Of a DNA stretch of 32,000 nt, positions 1 to 9,021 are shown piece by piece (position 1 is the first letter of the stretch; the number at the start of each line of letters is the position of its first letter). The notes below the pieces were generated by a model that did no database searches, was not told where the DNA came from, and worked only from the letters and a program-made list of their open reading frames with translations. Made by a program: the position numbers and the translations under genes. Origin of the DNA: Synechococcus elongatus PCC 6301 (GTDB taxonomy: Bacteria; Cyanobacteriota; Cyanobacteriia; Synechococcales; Synechococcaceae); NCBI RefSeq assembly GCF_000010065.1, contig NC_006576.1:1-32000 (forward strand). The letters are read 5' to 3'.

Positions 1-138
1 ATTTAAATCACTGGCATCAGCATTCGCAATATCATTGAGGTCAACAATACTTTCACCGCCAAACTCTTGTTGAATCGATTCAGCAATAGTTTGGGTAACG
101 CCTGTTTGAGTTCCGTAGAATAAGCCAATTTTGGCCAT
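1..138 (-). CDS. isiB: Flavodoxin IsiB, first 46 codons only (the gene runs off the left edge of the window)
   Basis: Not in the ORF track because it is short and partial. The reverse complement of 1-138 reads MAKIGLFYGTQTGVTQTIAESIQQEFGGESIVDLNDIANADASDLN, which contains the flavodoxin FMN-phosphate loop (GLFYGTQTGxT). It lies directly downstream of isiA, as in the iron-stress isiAB operon. The listed ORF 3..185(-) is a different frame. Confidence 0.9.
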   Translation of the reverse strand, partial: MAKIGLFYGTQTGVTQTIAESIQQEFGGESIVDLNDIANADASDLN

Positions 139-272
139 GGTTCTAAGCTTCCAATTCTGAGATGTTTGTTTGGGGTAGGGTACATCCCTAAAGTCTGTGA
201 ATCAACTTTAGATAGCTTGATTGTTGTCTAATAAAAACTGATCACTGCATAAAGTGCTTTTAACGAATTTTT

Positions 273-310
273 GAGAGGGATTTGCAGTGACTCCTAGCAG
301 AATCCCTCTC
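273..310 (-). promoter_or_regulatory. Intercistronic stem-loop between isiA and isiB
   Basis: GAGAGGGATT (273-282) and AATCCCTCTC (301-310) are perfect 10-bp inverted repeats separated by an 18-nt loop, 13 nt after the isiA stop codon. On the transcribed (minus) strand the stem is followed by AAAAAUU rather than a U-tract. It therefore looks like a processing, stability or partial-attenuation hairpin, not a classical intrinsic terminator. Confidence 0.5.
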
Positions 311-322
311 TTGCAGTTCAAC

Positions 323-1405
<1,083 letters not shown>

Positions 1406-1608
1406 TTAAGTTTTACGACGAACTCTAGGTATTCTAGCCGACATAGTGTTCATATAAGCTTCTTCTGACGAAAATTGAGCCCCTTACTCTTCATTGCTAT
1501 GCTCTACTTATCAGAAATTACTCTCAATAAAGAGAAGGCTCCCAGTAACTTTCTGGATCTGAATTGTGTTTCGGGGCAAAGTGCGATCGACTAGAAGTCC
1601 TGTATTCG

Positions 1609-1741
1609 GCAGAATCAGGGGATGCAAACGGTTCTGACGATTGATGGCCCCCATAGTCTTGACCTCGATGATGAGGTCTGGGCTGAACCGGCGGATGAAC
1701 AGGGCGATCGCATTTGCCTGACAATCGCGATCGGGGGACTA
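1609..1741 (+). repeat. Left copy of a ~133-nt direct repeat (duplicate of the RNB gene 5-prime end)
   Basis: GCAGAATCAGGGGATGCAAACGGTTCTGACGATTGATGG...GACAATCGCGATCGGGGG recurs at 2446-2580. I count about 10 mismatches by eye, roughly 92 percent identity. Confidence 0.9.
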
Positions 1742-1747
1742 GACTGA
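1622..1747 (+). pseudogene. 41-codon truncated duplicate of the RNB nuclease N-terminus
   Basis: ATG at 1622 gives MQTVLTIDGPHSLDLDDEVWAEPADEQGDRICLTIAIGGLD, then TGA at 1745-1747. The first 37 residues parallel the start of the 2459..3856 product (MQTVLTIDGPSSLDLDDGVWAEPVDEQGDRICLTIAIAG...). Confidence 0.7.
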
Positions 1748-1771
1748 AATCGTGATTGCAGTGCAAGCGTG

Positions 1772-2023
1772 ATGGCAAGTCTGACCGTTCGGAACCTGAA
1801 AGAGTCAGTGAAGGCGTCGTTGCGGCTACGAGCAGCTCGCAATCAACGCAGCTTAGAAGAGGAAGTCCGCATCATTCTGGAGCAGGCGGTAGAGCCAGAG
1901 GCTAGTGAGTTTGGGCTGGGGAGCCGCATTCATCAACGGTTTTTAGGTTTAGATGCAGACCAGATGGTCTTACCGGATCGTCCTGTCGTGACCCCAGAAT
2001 CCTGCTTTGCTGAGGATTGCTAG
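1772..2023 (+). CDS. vapB: VapB/FitA-like antitoxin, 83 aa
   Basis: MASLTVRNLKESVKASLRLRAARNQRSLEEEVRIILEQAV is the typical N-terminus of FitA/StbC-type plasmid-stability antitoxins. The ATG at 1772 sits one codon inside the track start (GTG at 1769). Its stop codon (2021-2023) overlaps the start of the downstream PIN gene. Confidence 0.85.
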   Translation: MASLTVRNLKESVKASLRLRAARNQRSLEEEVRIILEQAVEPEASEFGLGSRIHQRFLGLDADQMVLPDRPVVTPESCFAEDC

Positions 2024-2481
2024 GCGTGTTTTTGCTCGATACCAACGTAATTTCGGAGCTGTTTCGACCAATTCCGAATCCAGCAGTGTTGGCTTGGTAT
2101 GACCAAACCCCAAAACGAGAACTGTTCTTGAGTGCAATTACGGTAGCGGAGCTTGATCAAGGCGTAGCGCTTTTGCCCGAGGGTCGGCGCAAAGAAGGTC
2201 TTCGAGCTGCTGTAACAACTTTGGTGGAAATGGATTTTCGCGATCGCGTTTTGAGTTTTGATCTAGAGGCTGCTTGGCAGTATGGCGTGTTGGTGGAGGC
2301 ACGATCGCGCCAAGGACTCTCGGTTTCAGTCAATGATGCTCTGATTGCGGCGATCGCCCTATCTCGGCGCTGTGTGGTAGTGACGCGCAATCAGAAAGAC
2401 TTCTGCGGAGTTGCAGCGCTGCAGATCTTCAATCCTTTTGAGGCAGCAGAATCAGGGGATGCAGACGGTTCTGACGATTGA
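2017..2481 (+). CDS. vapC: VapC/FitB-like PIN-domain toxin
   Basis: The PIN acidic residues are visible: LLDTNV (Asp), ITVAEL (Glu), NDALIAA (Asp) and TRNQKDF. The start is TTG at 2017 or GTG at 2026, overlapping the vapB stop. The last ~12 codons (AESGDADGSDD) are read out of the right direct repeat, and the stop at 2479-2481 lies inside the RNB ORF. Confidence 0.9.
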   Translation: MLGVFLLDTNVISELFRPIPNPAVLAWYDQTPKRELFLSAITVAELDQGVALLPEGRRKEGLRAAVTTLVEMDFRDRVLSFDLEAAWQYGVLVEARSRQGLSVSVNDALIAAIALSRRCVVVTRNQKDFCGVAALQIFNPFEAAESGDADGSDD

Positions 2482-2580
2482 TGGTCCAAGTAGCCTTGAC
2501 CTCGATGATGGGGTCTGGGCTGAACCAGTGGATGAACAGGGCGATCGCATTTGCCTGACAATCGCGATCGCGGGGGTAGC
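2446..2580 (+). repeat. Right copy of the ~133-nt direct repeat
   Basis: Pairs with 1609-1741. It contains the ATG (2459) and the first ~38 codons of the intact RNB-domain gene. Confidence 0.9.
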
Positions 2581-3856
2581 GACGGCTCTGCCACATCTGG
2601 GAATCGAAGAATGCGTGGCACTGGCACGGTTGCAGTCGGTCTATCAAGGCACCCAGATGGTACGGGCAATGCTCTCGCCAGAACGGACTGAAGCATTGTC
2701 TTTGCTTCCAGGTGGGCCTCGTCCGGTGGTTTGTCTGCAAGCGTTGATCTCTCGACGGGGAGAGGTGCTGTTCTCGGAGTTCTGGGAAACCGAAGTTGAA
2801 TCTGTCGCCAAGCTCAGCTATGAGCAGGTCAATGGCGTTCTGGCTGGTAAGGAAGATCATGAACTGCGGGAAGTTCTGCGTTGGCTAGCGATCGCGGCTG
2901 GACGGTTGGATAAGAACCGGCGCGGCCTCTGGGGGCGATCGCGACAGGGAGAGTTCAGAGATGATTTGGGGTCAGTAATCACGGGCAAAGCGGAGCAGTT
3001 GATTGCTTCGACGGCGATCTTCTACAACCAGATGGCAGGCGAGAAGCTCAAGCAATCAGGCTTTCCGGCGCTGTTCCGGGTGCAAGACCCAAGACAGGAT
3101 GAGGCGATCGCGCCGTTGTTTGAGGAGCATGGTGGCAATCCAACGGTGTTAGCTCCGTTGATTAGTCACTGTTTGCCGAGAGCACAGCATCGCGTTAAAG
3201 CTGGGCTTCATTGGGCGTTGCAGTTGCCAGCCTATGCGCGATCGTCCAGTCCGCTGCGGCGCTATGAAGATTTGGTCAATCAACGGCAGTTGCTGGCGAT
3301 TTTGAGGGAGAGTCCTTCCTTCTATCCGCCAGAGCTATTGCTGGGGGTTTGCGATCGTTTGCAGGACAAGGCGACGGCGGAGGTGGAGCGGCAGAAGCAA
3401 AAGTCAGAGGAGAAGTGGCTGAGGGCAGCGTCTTCGGTCAAGCAACTAGAAACGGTGACAGAAGGACAGTTTTCAGCGGTGCTGCGACAGGTCTCGGTGA
3501 TTGGCTCGGTGCCGCCAGAGTTGGAGCAGCAGTTACGGGAGCGCTTGGAAAAAGGAAGTCTGACGCCGAAGCATGCGGCGCAGATTCTCTCGGAGGGGTT
3601 TCCTGCGGATCTGAAGCAGGGGTTGATCGACAAGCTCAGTCAGGGGGATCCGCTGCTCAATGGCCTGATGGTGCTCAATACGCTGGGGCAACTGATTGGG
3701 ACAGCTCCGCAGTTTGACTATGAGCCGGCGGAGGGGCAATGGTGTTGTCGCTTGGTTTGGCAGGAGCAACAGGTAGAGGCGATCGCTTCCTCAAAAGTCA
3801 GAGCTAGGGAACTGGCGGCACTGATGGTTCTCAAAGGAATTAGCGTGGCAGAGTAA
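2459..3856 (+). CDS. RNB-domain (RNase II/R family) exoribonuclease-like protein without CSD or S1 domains, 465 aa
   Basis: I chose the ATG at 2459 because the same ATG context is duplicated at 1622. The protein begins directly with RNB motif I (IDGPSSLDLDDGVW) and carries the motif-IV-like SSSPLRRYEDLVNQRQL. No cold-shock or S1 segments are present. The C-terminal ~190 aa are helical and unassigned. Confidence 0.8.
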   Translation: MQTVLTIDGPSSLDLDDGVWAEPVDEQGDRICLTIAIAGVATALPHLGIEECVALARLQSVYQGTQMVRAMLSPERTEALSLLPGGPRPVVCLQALISRRGEVLFSEFWETEVESVAKLSYEQVNGVLAGKEDHELREVLRWLAIAAGRLDKNRRGLWGRSRQGEFRDDLGSVITGKAEQLIASTAIFYNQMAGEKLKQSGFPALFRVQDPRQDEAIAPLFEEHGGNPTVLAPLISHCLPRAQHRVKAGLHWALQLPAYARSSSPLRRYEDLVNQRQLLAILRESPSFYPPELLLGVCDRLQDKATAEVERQKQKSEEKWLRAASSVKQLETVTEGQFSAVLRQVSVIGSVPPELEQQLRERLEKGSLTPKHAAQILSEGFPADLKQGLIDKLSQGDPLLNGLMVLNTLGQLIGTAPQFDYEPAEGQWCCRLVWQEQQVEAIASSKVRARELAALMVLKGISVAE

Positions 3857-4004
3857 TTGGGAACGATTCAGTTGAGATCGATTTAGGGATATTGAGAAGC
3901 TTGTAACCTATTAACAAAGAGATAAATCAGGTTTGAATTGTGAGTGAAGACATCACTTCTATCGATTAATTCAGCTAATCATCCACTGTTATTCTTGCTG
4001 AACC

Positions 4005-4385
4005 TCATTCATTTTCATTGTTATTTAGATTAAAATCATCAATTCCATGCACATCTATACTCTCTTTGATTTCAATTGGTGTGTTTGGATTCTCCCTGAC
4101 TTCATTGCGAACCCATTGATTAGCATCGAATGCTAACTTTTTTAGGACTATGATCGGTGTTTTTCTGTTCTCAGCAACTGCGCAATGAACCACATAATCA
4201 TGGTCTGCTGATAAGCTTTCTAATACTGCAACTGGGGTTTGGATGTTCCCTGCAACGGATGCTCGAACACTAACAAGCCTTGATTGTGCTAACTCTGTCA
4301 ATCGCCCAAGAGATGTAGTCTTCCTCTCTGCCTCAAGGATGAGTGCTTCTTCGTTTAATTTAGATTGATGCATGGCGATAATCAT
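4005..4385 (-). CDS. Leucine-rich-repeat-variant (LRV/HEAT-like) repeat protein, 126 aa
   Basis: Periodic ~23-aa repeats fit the LRV pattern: VRASVAGNIQTPVAVLESLSAD, VHCAVAENRKTPIIVLKKLAFD, VRNEVRENPNTP. The segment is AT-rich and has no HIP1 site. Confidence 0.7.
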   Translation of the reverse strand: MIIAMHQSKLNEEALILEAERKTTSLGRLTELAQSRLVSVRASVAGNIQTPVAVLESLSADHDYVVHCAVAENRKTPIIVLKKLAFDANQWVRNEVRENPNTPIEIKESIDVHGIDDFNLNNNENE

Positions 4386-4569
4386 GATTTGAGAACAAAA
4401 CTAACAGGGTAAGCTTGAATTAATAAGCCTTGTCTTATATGAGCGATCTCTGAGGGTACAATCTCTAAATCCTTGAACTTAATCACTGATGAAGAAGGGT
4501 ACTAACGATTAGTAGAAAAACTACTACACACTTCAGGGCCGCTGTGGTTGAAAAGCCGGTATTCAGGGG

Positions 4570-5064
4570 ATGTTGTGGGCGATCGCCGAGTGCTATCTGC
4601 CCTACTCTGATGGTTGAGGACGCCTCTTTGAGTCGATTTAGGGGTGTGCTTTAGGAAATGCAGCTGCTCTACATCACTAGCATTGAGCGCATGTCGTTAG
4701 ACACCATCACGCGCCAAACTTGCTCAATAGCCCAGCTTTTACTTTGGCATTGATTGTGGTAGTTCTTGCTCTGAGGCTCGGCCCCAACTCGCACAGAACC
4801 ACAGCCAAACCGAACAGTCGAGGATAACTACCAAGCTTGCTTAGCATCAGAGAGGCGGTTATCGACCCTTGTTGAATTGAAGTTGCCAGGGTCTGTCTGT
4901 AAAAACGGGGGAATAGAGCGGGAACTCATTGCAGAACGAACTAGAGCAAAGTTGAGGCTGCAAAAATTCCTCAACAGTAGCTCCCACCTAAAGATGTAGT
5001 TAGAAATCTGGGAGTTTCTATCCCTACCCTCTATCGCTAGATTCCTGCCTCCTCTCGCCCTTAG
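4570..5064 (+). pseudogene. Decayed serine recombinase (resolvase/invertase)
   Basis: Fragments appear in shifting frames, interrupted by several stops. These include [14 protein letters not shown] (compare GDxLVVxxLDRLGRS), [15 protein letters not shown] (the conserved ExERExIxERTxAGL helix) and a C-terminal HTH VVRNLGVSIPTLYR followed by a stop. Confidence 0.6.
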
Positions 5065-5288
5065 TGTGTATTTCCCCCTTGTCTCTGGTCGCCCCACAGT
5101 CTACAAAAATCCCAGCTTCTTTGCCCCTACTATTCCAGGATGATTGGATAGCGAGTTCAGAAACCGGGATTTTTGTTTAGCCTGCTAATAGTTTGTTAAA
5201 CTCAAATGTATATGTTGGGTTATGCTAGTGCTACATTTAACCTACCAAGACTCACACAACCAAAGCTGACAGACCATCAAGCTAGCCT

Positions 5289-6608
5289 CTAGGACACCCA
5301 AGTAGATTTGGGCATGAGGCAGTGGATATGGTAAGCCCCCGATTCCATACGGCCAATACGGGCATCCAGTGCCAAACTCGCTAGGGAGTAGGCATCCAGC
5401 GCTGTTAGCCTCTTTTCGTCTTTGATGCGATTAATCAGCGCTAGCGCCGCTTGGTTCATGGCTTCCATCGCATCGGCGTTGACCGCATGGGTAACGAAAT
5501 CTGTGCGGCTATCCTTCATCGGCAGCGAAGCCATGGCGGGGCCGTTGGTTTTAGGCAGCATGCAATACACACCCTTAAGCTGATTAACGACCTCGGCTAC
5601 CCGAATATCACCATAAGTGGCCATGTAGCGGCGGGCATCTCTGCTATTCAGGCCCTTCCATTCCGCCAGAAACTTGATCGTTTCCTCTTCCATAATGCGG
5701 ATGGCCGTGTTCATATCGCGGTCGTAGCCCACGGTCATCCAATGGGTGTCAGATTCAATTCGGGGCCAAGACAGAGGCTTTTTCTTGATTACTTCTACTG
5801 TGAGGTTGAGTTCGTTGAAGGCCGACTCTACCGCTGTCAGGTTGATTTCGCCGTTGCCCTGCACCGCGTGGGAGTCGCCCGACCATAGCAGTGCCCCTTC
5901 CACAAACACAGGTAAATAAACTGTTGTTCCTTCTACCATTTCCCGGCAGTCCATGTTGCCGCCAAAGGGGCCAGGAGGGACGGTGCTGTATTGGCCGCTC
6001 TCGGCGCGGGCTACACCCAAAATGCCGGGGAAGGGCCGCACCGGTAGCTCGATACCGGGTAGAAATTCGGTCTTGCCACGGGCCATATCCAAGTAAAAAT
6101 ACTTGGCCTGAGGTTTAGGGAAAAGCTTGGGAAATTGACCCAAACCTAACTCACCCGGCAGGTTCCAGTTGCAGCCGTAGGTGCGGGGAACAATCCGGTT
6201 AATTTTTACCTTGAGCACGTCGCCCGGCTCGGCCCCTTCAATAAATACAGGCCCAGTAATGGTGTGAGGGCCACGGCCAGGGTTATCAGCCCGCAGGCGA
6301 GTGATTTCCTCAATGGAAACGCCAGGGAGCACTTGGTTTTGGGAGGCCATCATCGTTTCGAGGATGATGGTATCCCCCGACTTAATACGGGCGCGGGGGG
6401 GTTCGGCATTATTGAACCAGCCCCACTGCACGGTTTCATCGGTAGCAGGCAGGAGATAAACTCCTCCTTGATACTGGCCCACAAAGCCTTCCTTCAGCGC
6501 GATCATTTCCTCACGCTTCTTCTGGGCCTTGGACTTCGAGGGACGCAGCACAGCTGCGGCTGCAGCCGTCGCAGCAGCACCTAACAAAAAATCACGACGT
6601 TTTGCCAC
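5289..6608 (-). CDS. Acetamidase/formamidase-family amidohydrolase with a twin-arginine signal peptide, 439 aa
   Basis: The ORF is full length with a GTG start at 6608. The N-terminus MAKRRDFLLGAAATAAAAAVL is a Tat-type signal. The body (GPHTITGPVFIEGAEPGDVLKV..., GGNMDCREM..., LWSGDSHAVQGNGEI) fits the FmdA/AmdA family. I found no HIP1 site in the gene. Confidence 0.85.
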   Translation of the reverse strand: MAKRRDFLLGAAATAAAAAVLRPSKSKAQKKREEMIALKEGFVGQYQGGVYLLPATDETVQWGWFNNAEPPRARIKSGDTIILETMMASQNQVLPGVSIEEITRLRADNPGRGPHTITGPVFIEGAEPGDVLKVKINRIVPRTYGCNWNLPGELGLGQFPKLFPKPQAKYFYLDMARGKTEFLPGIELPVRPFPGILGVARAESGQYSTVPPGPFGGNMDCREMVEGTTVYLPVFVEGALLWSGDSHAVQGNGEINLTAVESAFNELNLTVEVIKKKPLSWPRIESDTHWMTVGYDRDMNTAIRIMEEETIKFLAEWKGLNSRDARRYMATYGDIRVAEVVNQLKGVYCMLPKTNGPAMASLPMKDSRTDFVTHAVNADAMEAMNQAALALINRIKDEKRLTALDAYSLASLALDARIGRMESGAYHIHCLMPKSTWVS

Positions 6609-6714
6609 TGATGAAAACCAATAAACAAACCGAAAATACGGGAGTTAATTATTTGTTAAGGATTGCTGCGGGTGTGTAGCTTTTGTTACGTTTGCACTTC
6701 AATTCTGACAGTCA

Positions 6715-6818
6715 GAGATCATTTGCTGTCCGCCTAGGTTGCCCCATGCGGCTATCGTTGGATTTTTGCTTCCTCTCGCTCTTAAAGTACGATTTTCTCC
6801 CTTTTCTCTGGCCTCCCG
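6715..6818 (+). pseudogene. Second, shorter relic of a resolvase 3-prime end (imperfect direct repeat of about 5000-5095)
   Basis: Reads ...CGYRWIFASSRS-stop, compared with ...TLYR-stop-IPASSRP-stop at 5031-5064. The following pyrimidine-rich tail is also similar (TTTTCTCCCTTTTCTCTGGCCTCCC versus TATTTCCCCCTTGTCTCTGGTCGCCCC). I estimate roughly 65-70 percent identity by eye. Confidence 0.5.
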
Positions 6819-7098
6819 TTTAGAAGAAGCCAATAATTGGGTCTTGCCCAACCACTGCTCGGCTAGTTAGCAATGATTCAAAAACCGTAGTGCCAGATTG
6901 GCTACTGAAGCCAACCCATAATCCACTCAAGGGGAAAGCAAGTGAAGATTCAGCGAGCATAGAAACCGTTAAACCGCAGGGCAATCATCTCATTCCCCCG
7001 TGACGAGCTTCTGAACTACCAGCCTGTTCTACTTGCCTCCATCATTTAGCCCTTGCCCTGGGGACTAAGATAGCGTCATTGAATTCTGTACAGGAATC

Positions 7099-7659
7099 AT
7101 GAAGGGTGGGGCTAGGGCAGGAGCGGGTCGCCCAAAAGGTAGCGGCAAGTATGGCGAACCGACCAAAGCCGTTCGTCTACCCCTGAGTGTGATTGAGCAA
7201 ATTCCCCAGATCCTAGAACAGAGATCGTCCAGAACCACTCTGAGCGAGGTCTATCGCCCGCAACGCGGTGCGGTTCTAGAACTGCCGCTCTACCAAATGC
7301 CAGTCTCAGCAGGTTTCCCTTCCCCTGCCGATGACTATATTGAGCAACGACTAGACCTGAACCGGCATCTGATTAAGAACCCCGCCGCCACCTTCATGGC
7401 ACGGGTTTCGGGCGATTCGATGATTGGGGTAGGGATCCACGACGGGGACGTGATTATCGTGGACCGTTCCCTCGAACCCCGCGATGGGCAGATTGTGATT
7501 GCAGTCTTAAACGGTGAGTTAACCGTGAAGCGTCTACGGCAAGAGCGGCAACGACTGTTTCTGCAAGCCGAGAACCCAAATTACCCCGACCTTGAGATTA
7601 CGGATGCCAGTGCCTTTCAAATCTGGGGTGTGGTCACCAATGTCATTCACGCCCTTTGA
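7099..7659 (+). CDS. umuD: UmuD-like S24 self-cleaving peptidase with a long N-terminal arm, 186 aa
   Basis: The cleavage motif [12 protein letters not shown] (Ala71-Gly72), the nucleophile in [10 protein letters not shown] and the Lys in LTVKRL are all present. The gene is followed by umuC. Confidence 0.9.
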   Translation: MKGGARAGAGRPKGSGKYGEPTKAVRLPLSVIEQIPQILEQRSSRTTLSEVYRPQRGAVLELPLYQMPVSAGFPSPADDYIEQRLDLNRHLIKNPAATFMARVSGDSMIGVGIHDGDVIIVDRSLEPRDGQIVIAVLNGELTVKRLRQERQRLFLQAENPNYPDLEITDASAFQIWGVVTNVIHAL

Positions 7660-7715
7660 CAGAAGCGCAATCATCACGGTCTCGATTACGACACTGCCGC
7701 CAACGAGAGCTTGAG

Positions 7716-8972
7716 ATGTTCGCCCTGATTGACTGCAACAACTTCTACGTCTCTTGTGAACGAGTATTTGATCCCAAGCTGCAGGGGCAGCCTGTCGTTG
7801 TCCTCTCCAATAACGACGGCTGCGTGATTGCTCGTTCTGCAGAAGCAAAAGCTCTAGGGATTCCCATGGGGATCCCCTTCTTCAAAGTCAAAGACCTGAT
7901 ATCACAACATCAGATTCAGGTCTTCTCCAGCAACTACGCCCTCTACGGCGACATGAGCCAGCGAGTGATGCAAACCCTGGCAACACTCTGTCCTGATCTA
8001 GAGGTCTATTCCATTGATGAAGCCTTCTTAGACTTCTCAGGATTTCAAGCCCAGCCCCTGCAGCAAGGTCAATTGATTCGTCAAACCGTCGGGCAGTGGA
8101 CAGGCATCCCCGTCTCGATCGGCATTGCTGCCACCAAGGTACTCGCCAAAGTAGCCAACAAACTCGCCAAGCAAAATGGTGGTGTCTTTGTCCTGTCGCC
8201 ATCAAAAGTGCAAGCCGTCCTCATGACTCTGCCCGTTGAAGAAGTTTGGGGCATTTCCAGTCGTTGGGGTCAGCGGCTTCGGGCTTTGAACATCAGTACC
8301 GCCGCCGAACTCCAGGCCACTAACCTTAATCTGATGCGTCAGCAGTTCAACATAGTTCTCGAGCGGATTGTGCGAGAGCTACGGGGGGAATCCTGCTTAC
8401 CCCTCGAATCCATTGTCAATCCGCAGCAAAGCTTGGTAGTCTCTCGTTCCTTCGGGCAGCCAATTACAACGCTGCCAGAGCTTAAACAAGCCGTAGCGAC
8501 CTACGTCAGTCGAGCCGCCGAGGAACTACGGAGCCGGCAACTAACGACCAGCTATCTAACCGTCTTTGTAAGAACAAATCGGTTTCAAGAGAACTATGAA
8601 GCGCCCAATGCTAGTCAGGGCTTACTCACGCCCACCAATCACACGGGGAAATTACTGGAAATTGCCCTGCGTTGCACAGAATCGCTCTATCAACCAGGAC
8701 GAGCCTACAAGAAAGCTGGAGTCCTGTTTCAAGGGTTAGGGTCAGCGCAGTCAATCCAGCAGAGCCTGTTTGAGGAGTCCGACAGCGAGAAAGGAGCAGC
8801 GCTGATGGTGACGATGGACCGGCTTAACCGGCGGTATGGTCGGCAGTCCCTGCACTATGGAGCCACAGGAACTCGACAACCTTGGGCCATGCGCTCCGAC
8901 CAGCGATCGCCGCAATACACAACTCGATGGCAAGACTTACCCGAAGTCCATGCAAGAGCTCGAGAGATTTGA
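7716..8972 (+). CDS. umuC: Y-family translesion DNA polymerase UmuC
   Basis: The ATG at 7716 gives [41 protein letters not shown], a canonical UmuC/DinB N-terminus. The track start at 7656 is a TTG overlapping the umuD stop and adds 20 atypical residues. Confidence 0.9.
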   Translation: MFALIDCNNFYVSCERVFDPKLQGQPVVVLSNNDGCVIARSAEAKALGIPMGIPFFKVKDLISQHQIQVFSSNYALYGDMSQRVMQTLATLCPDLEVYSIDEAFLDFSGFQAQPLQQGQLIRQTVGQWTGIPVSIGIAATKVLAKVANKLAKQNGGVFVLSPSKVQAVLMTLPVEEVWGISSRWGQRLRALNISTAAELQATNLNLMRQQFNIVLERIVRELRGESCLPLESIVNPQQSLVVSRSFGQPITTLPELKQAVATYVSRAAEELRSRQLTTSYLTVFVRTNRFQENYEAPNASQGLLTPTNHTGKLLEIALRCTESLYQPGRAYKKAGVLFQGLGSAQSIQQSLFEESDSEKGAALMVTMDRLNRRYGRQSLHYGATGTRQPWAMRSDQRSPQYTTRWQDLPEVHARAREI

Positions 8973-9021
8973 ACAAGCGAAGCAGCTATCTGAAATCTCA
9001 TGTATTGAAAGAGGAAAAGTC

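Noticed and set aside
3-185. Track ORF of 60 aa on the minus strand at the left edge
   Set aside because: It is in a different frame from the clear flavodoxin N-terminus (1-138, minus strand). Its translation has no protein-like features, and it would overlap isiB.
7086-7093. CTGTACAG palindrome just upstream of umuD, considered as an SOS/LexA box
   Set aside because: It lacks the CTGT-N8-ACAG spacing of the E. coli box and does not fit the cyanobacterial RGTAC-N3-DGTWCB pattern. It sits 5 nt from the ATG, overlapping the AGGAA ribosome-binding site.
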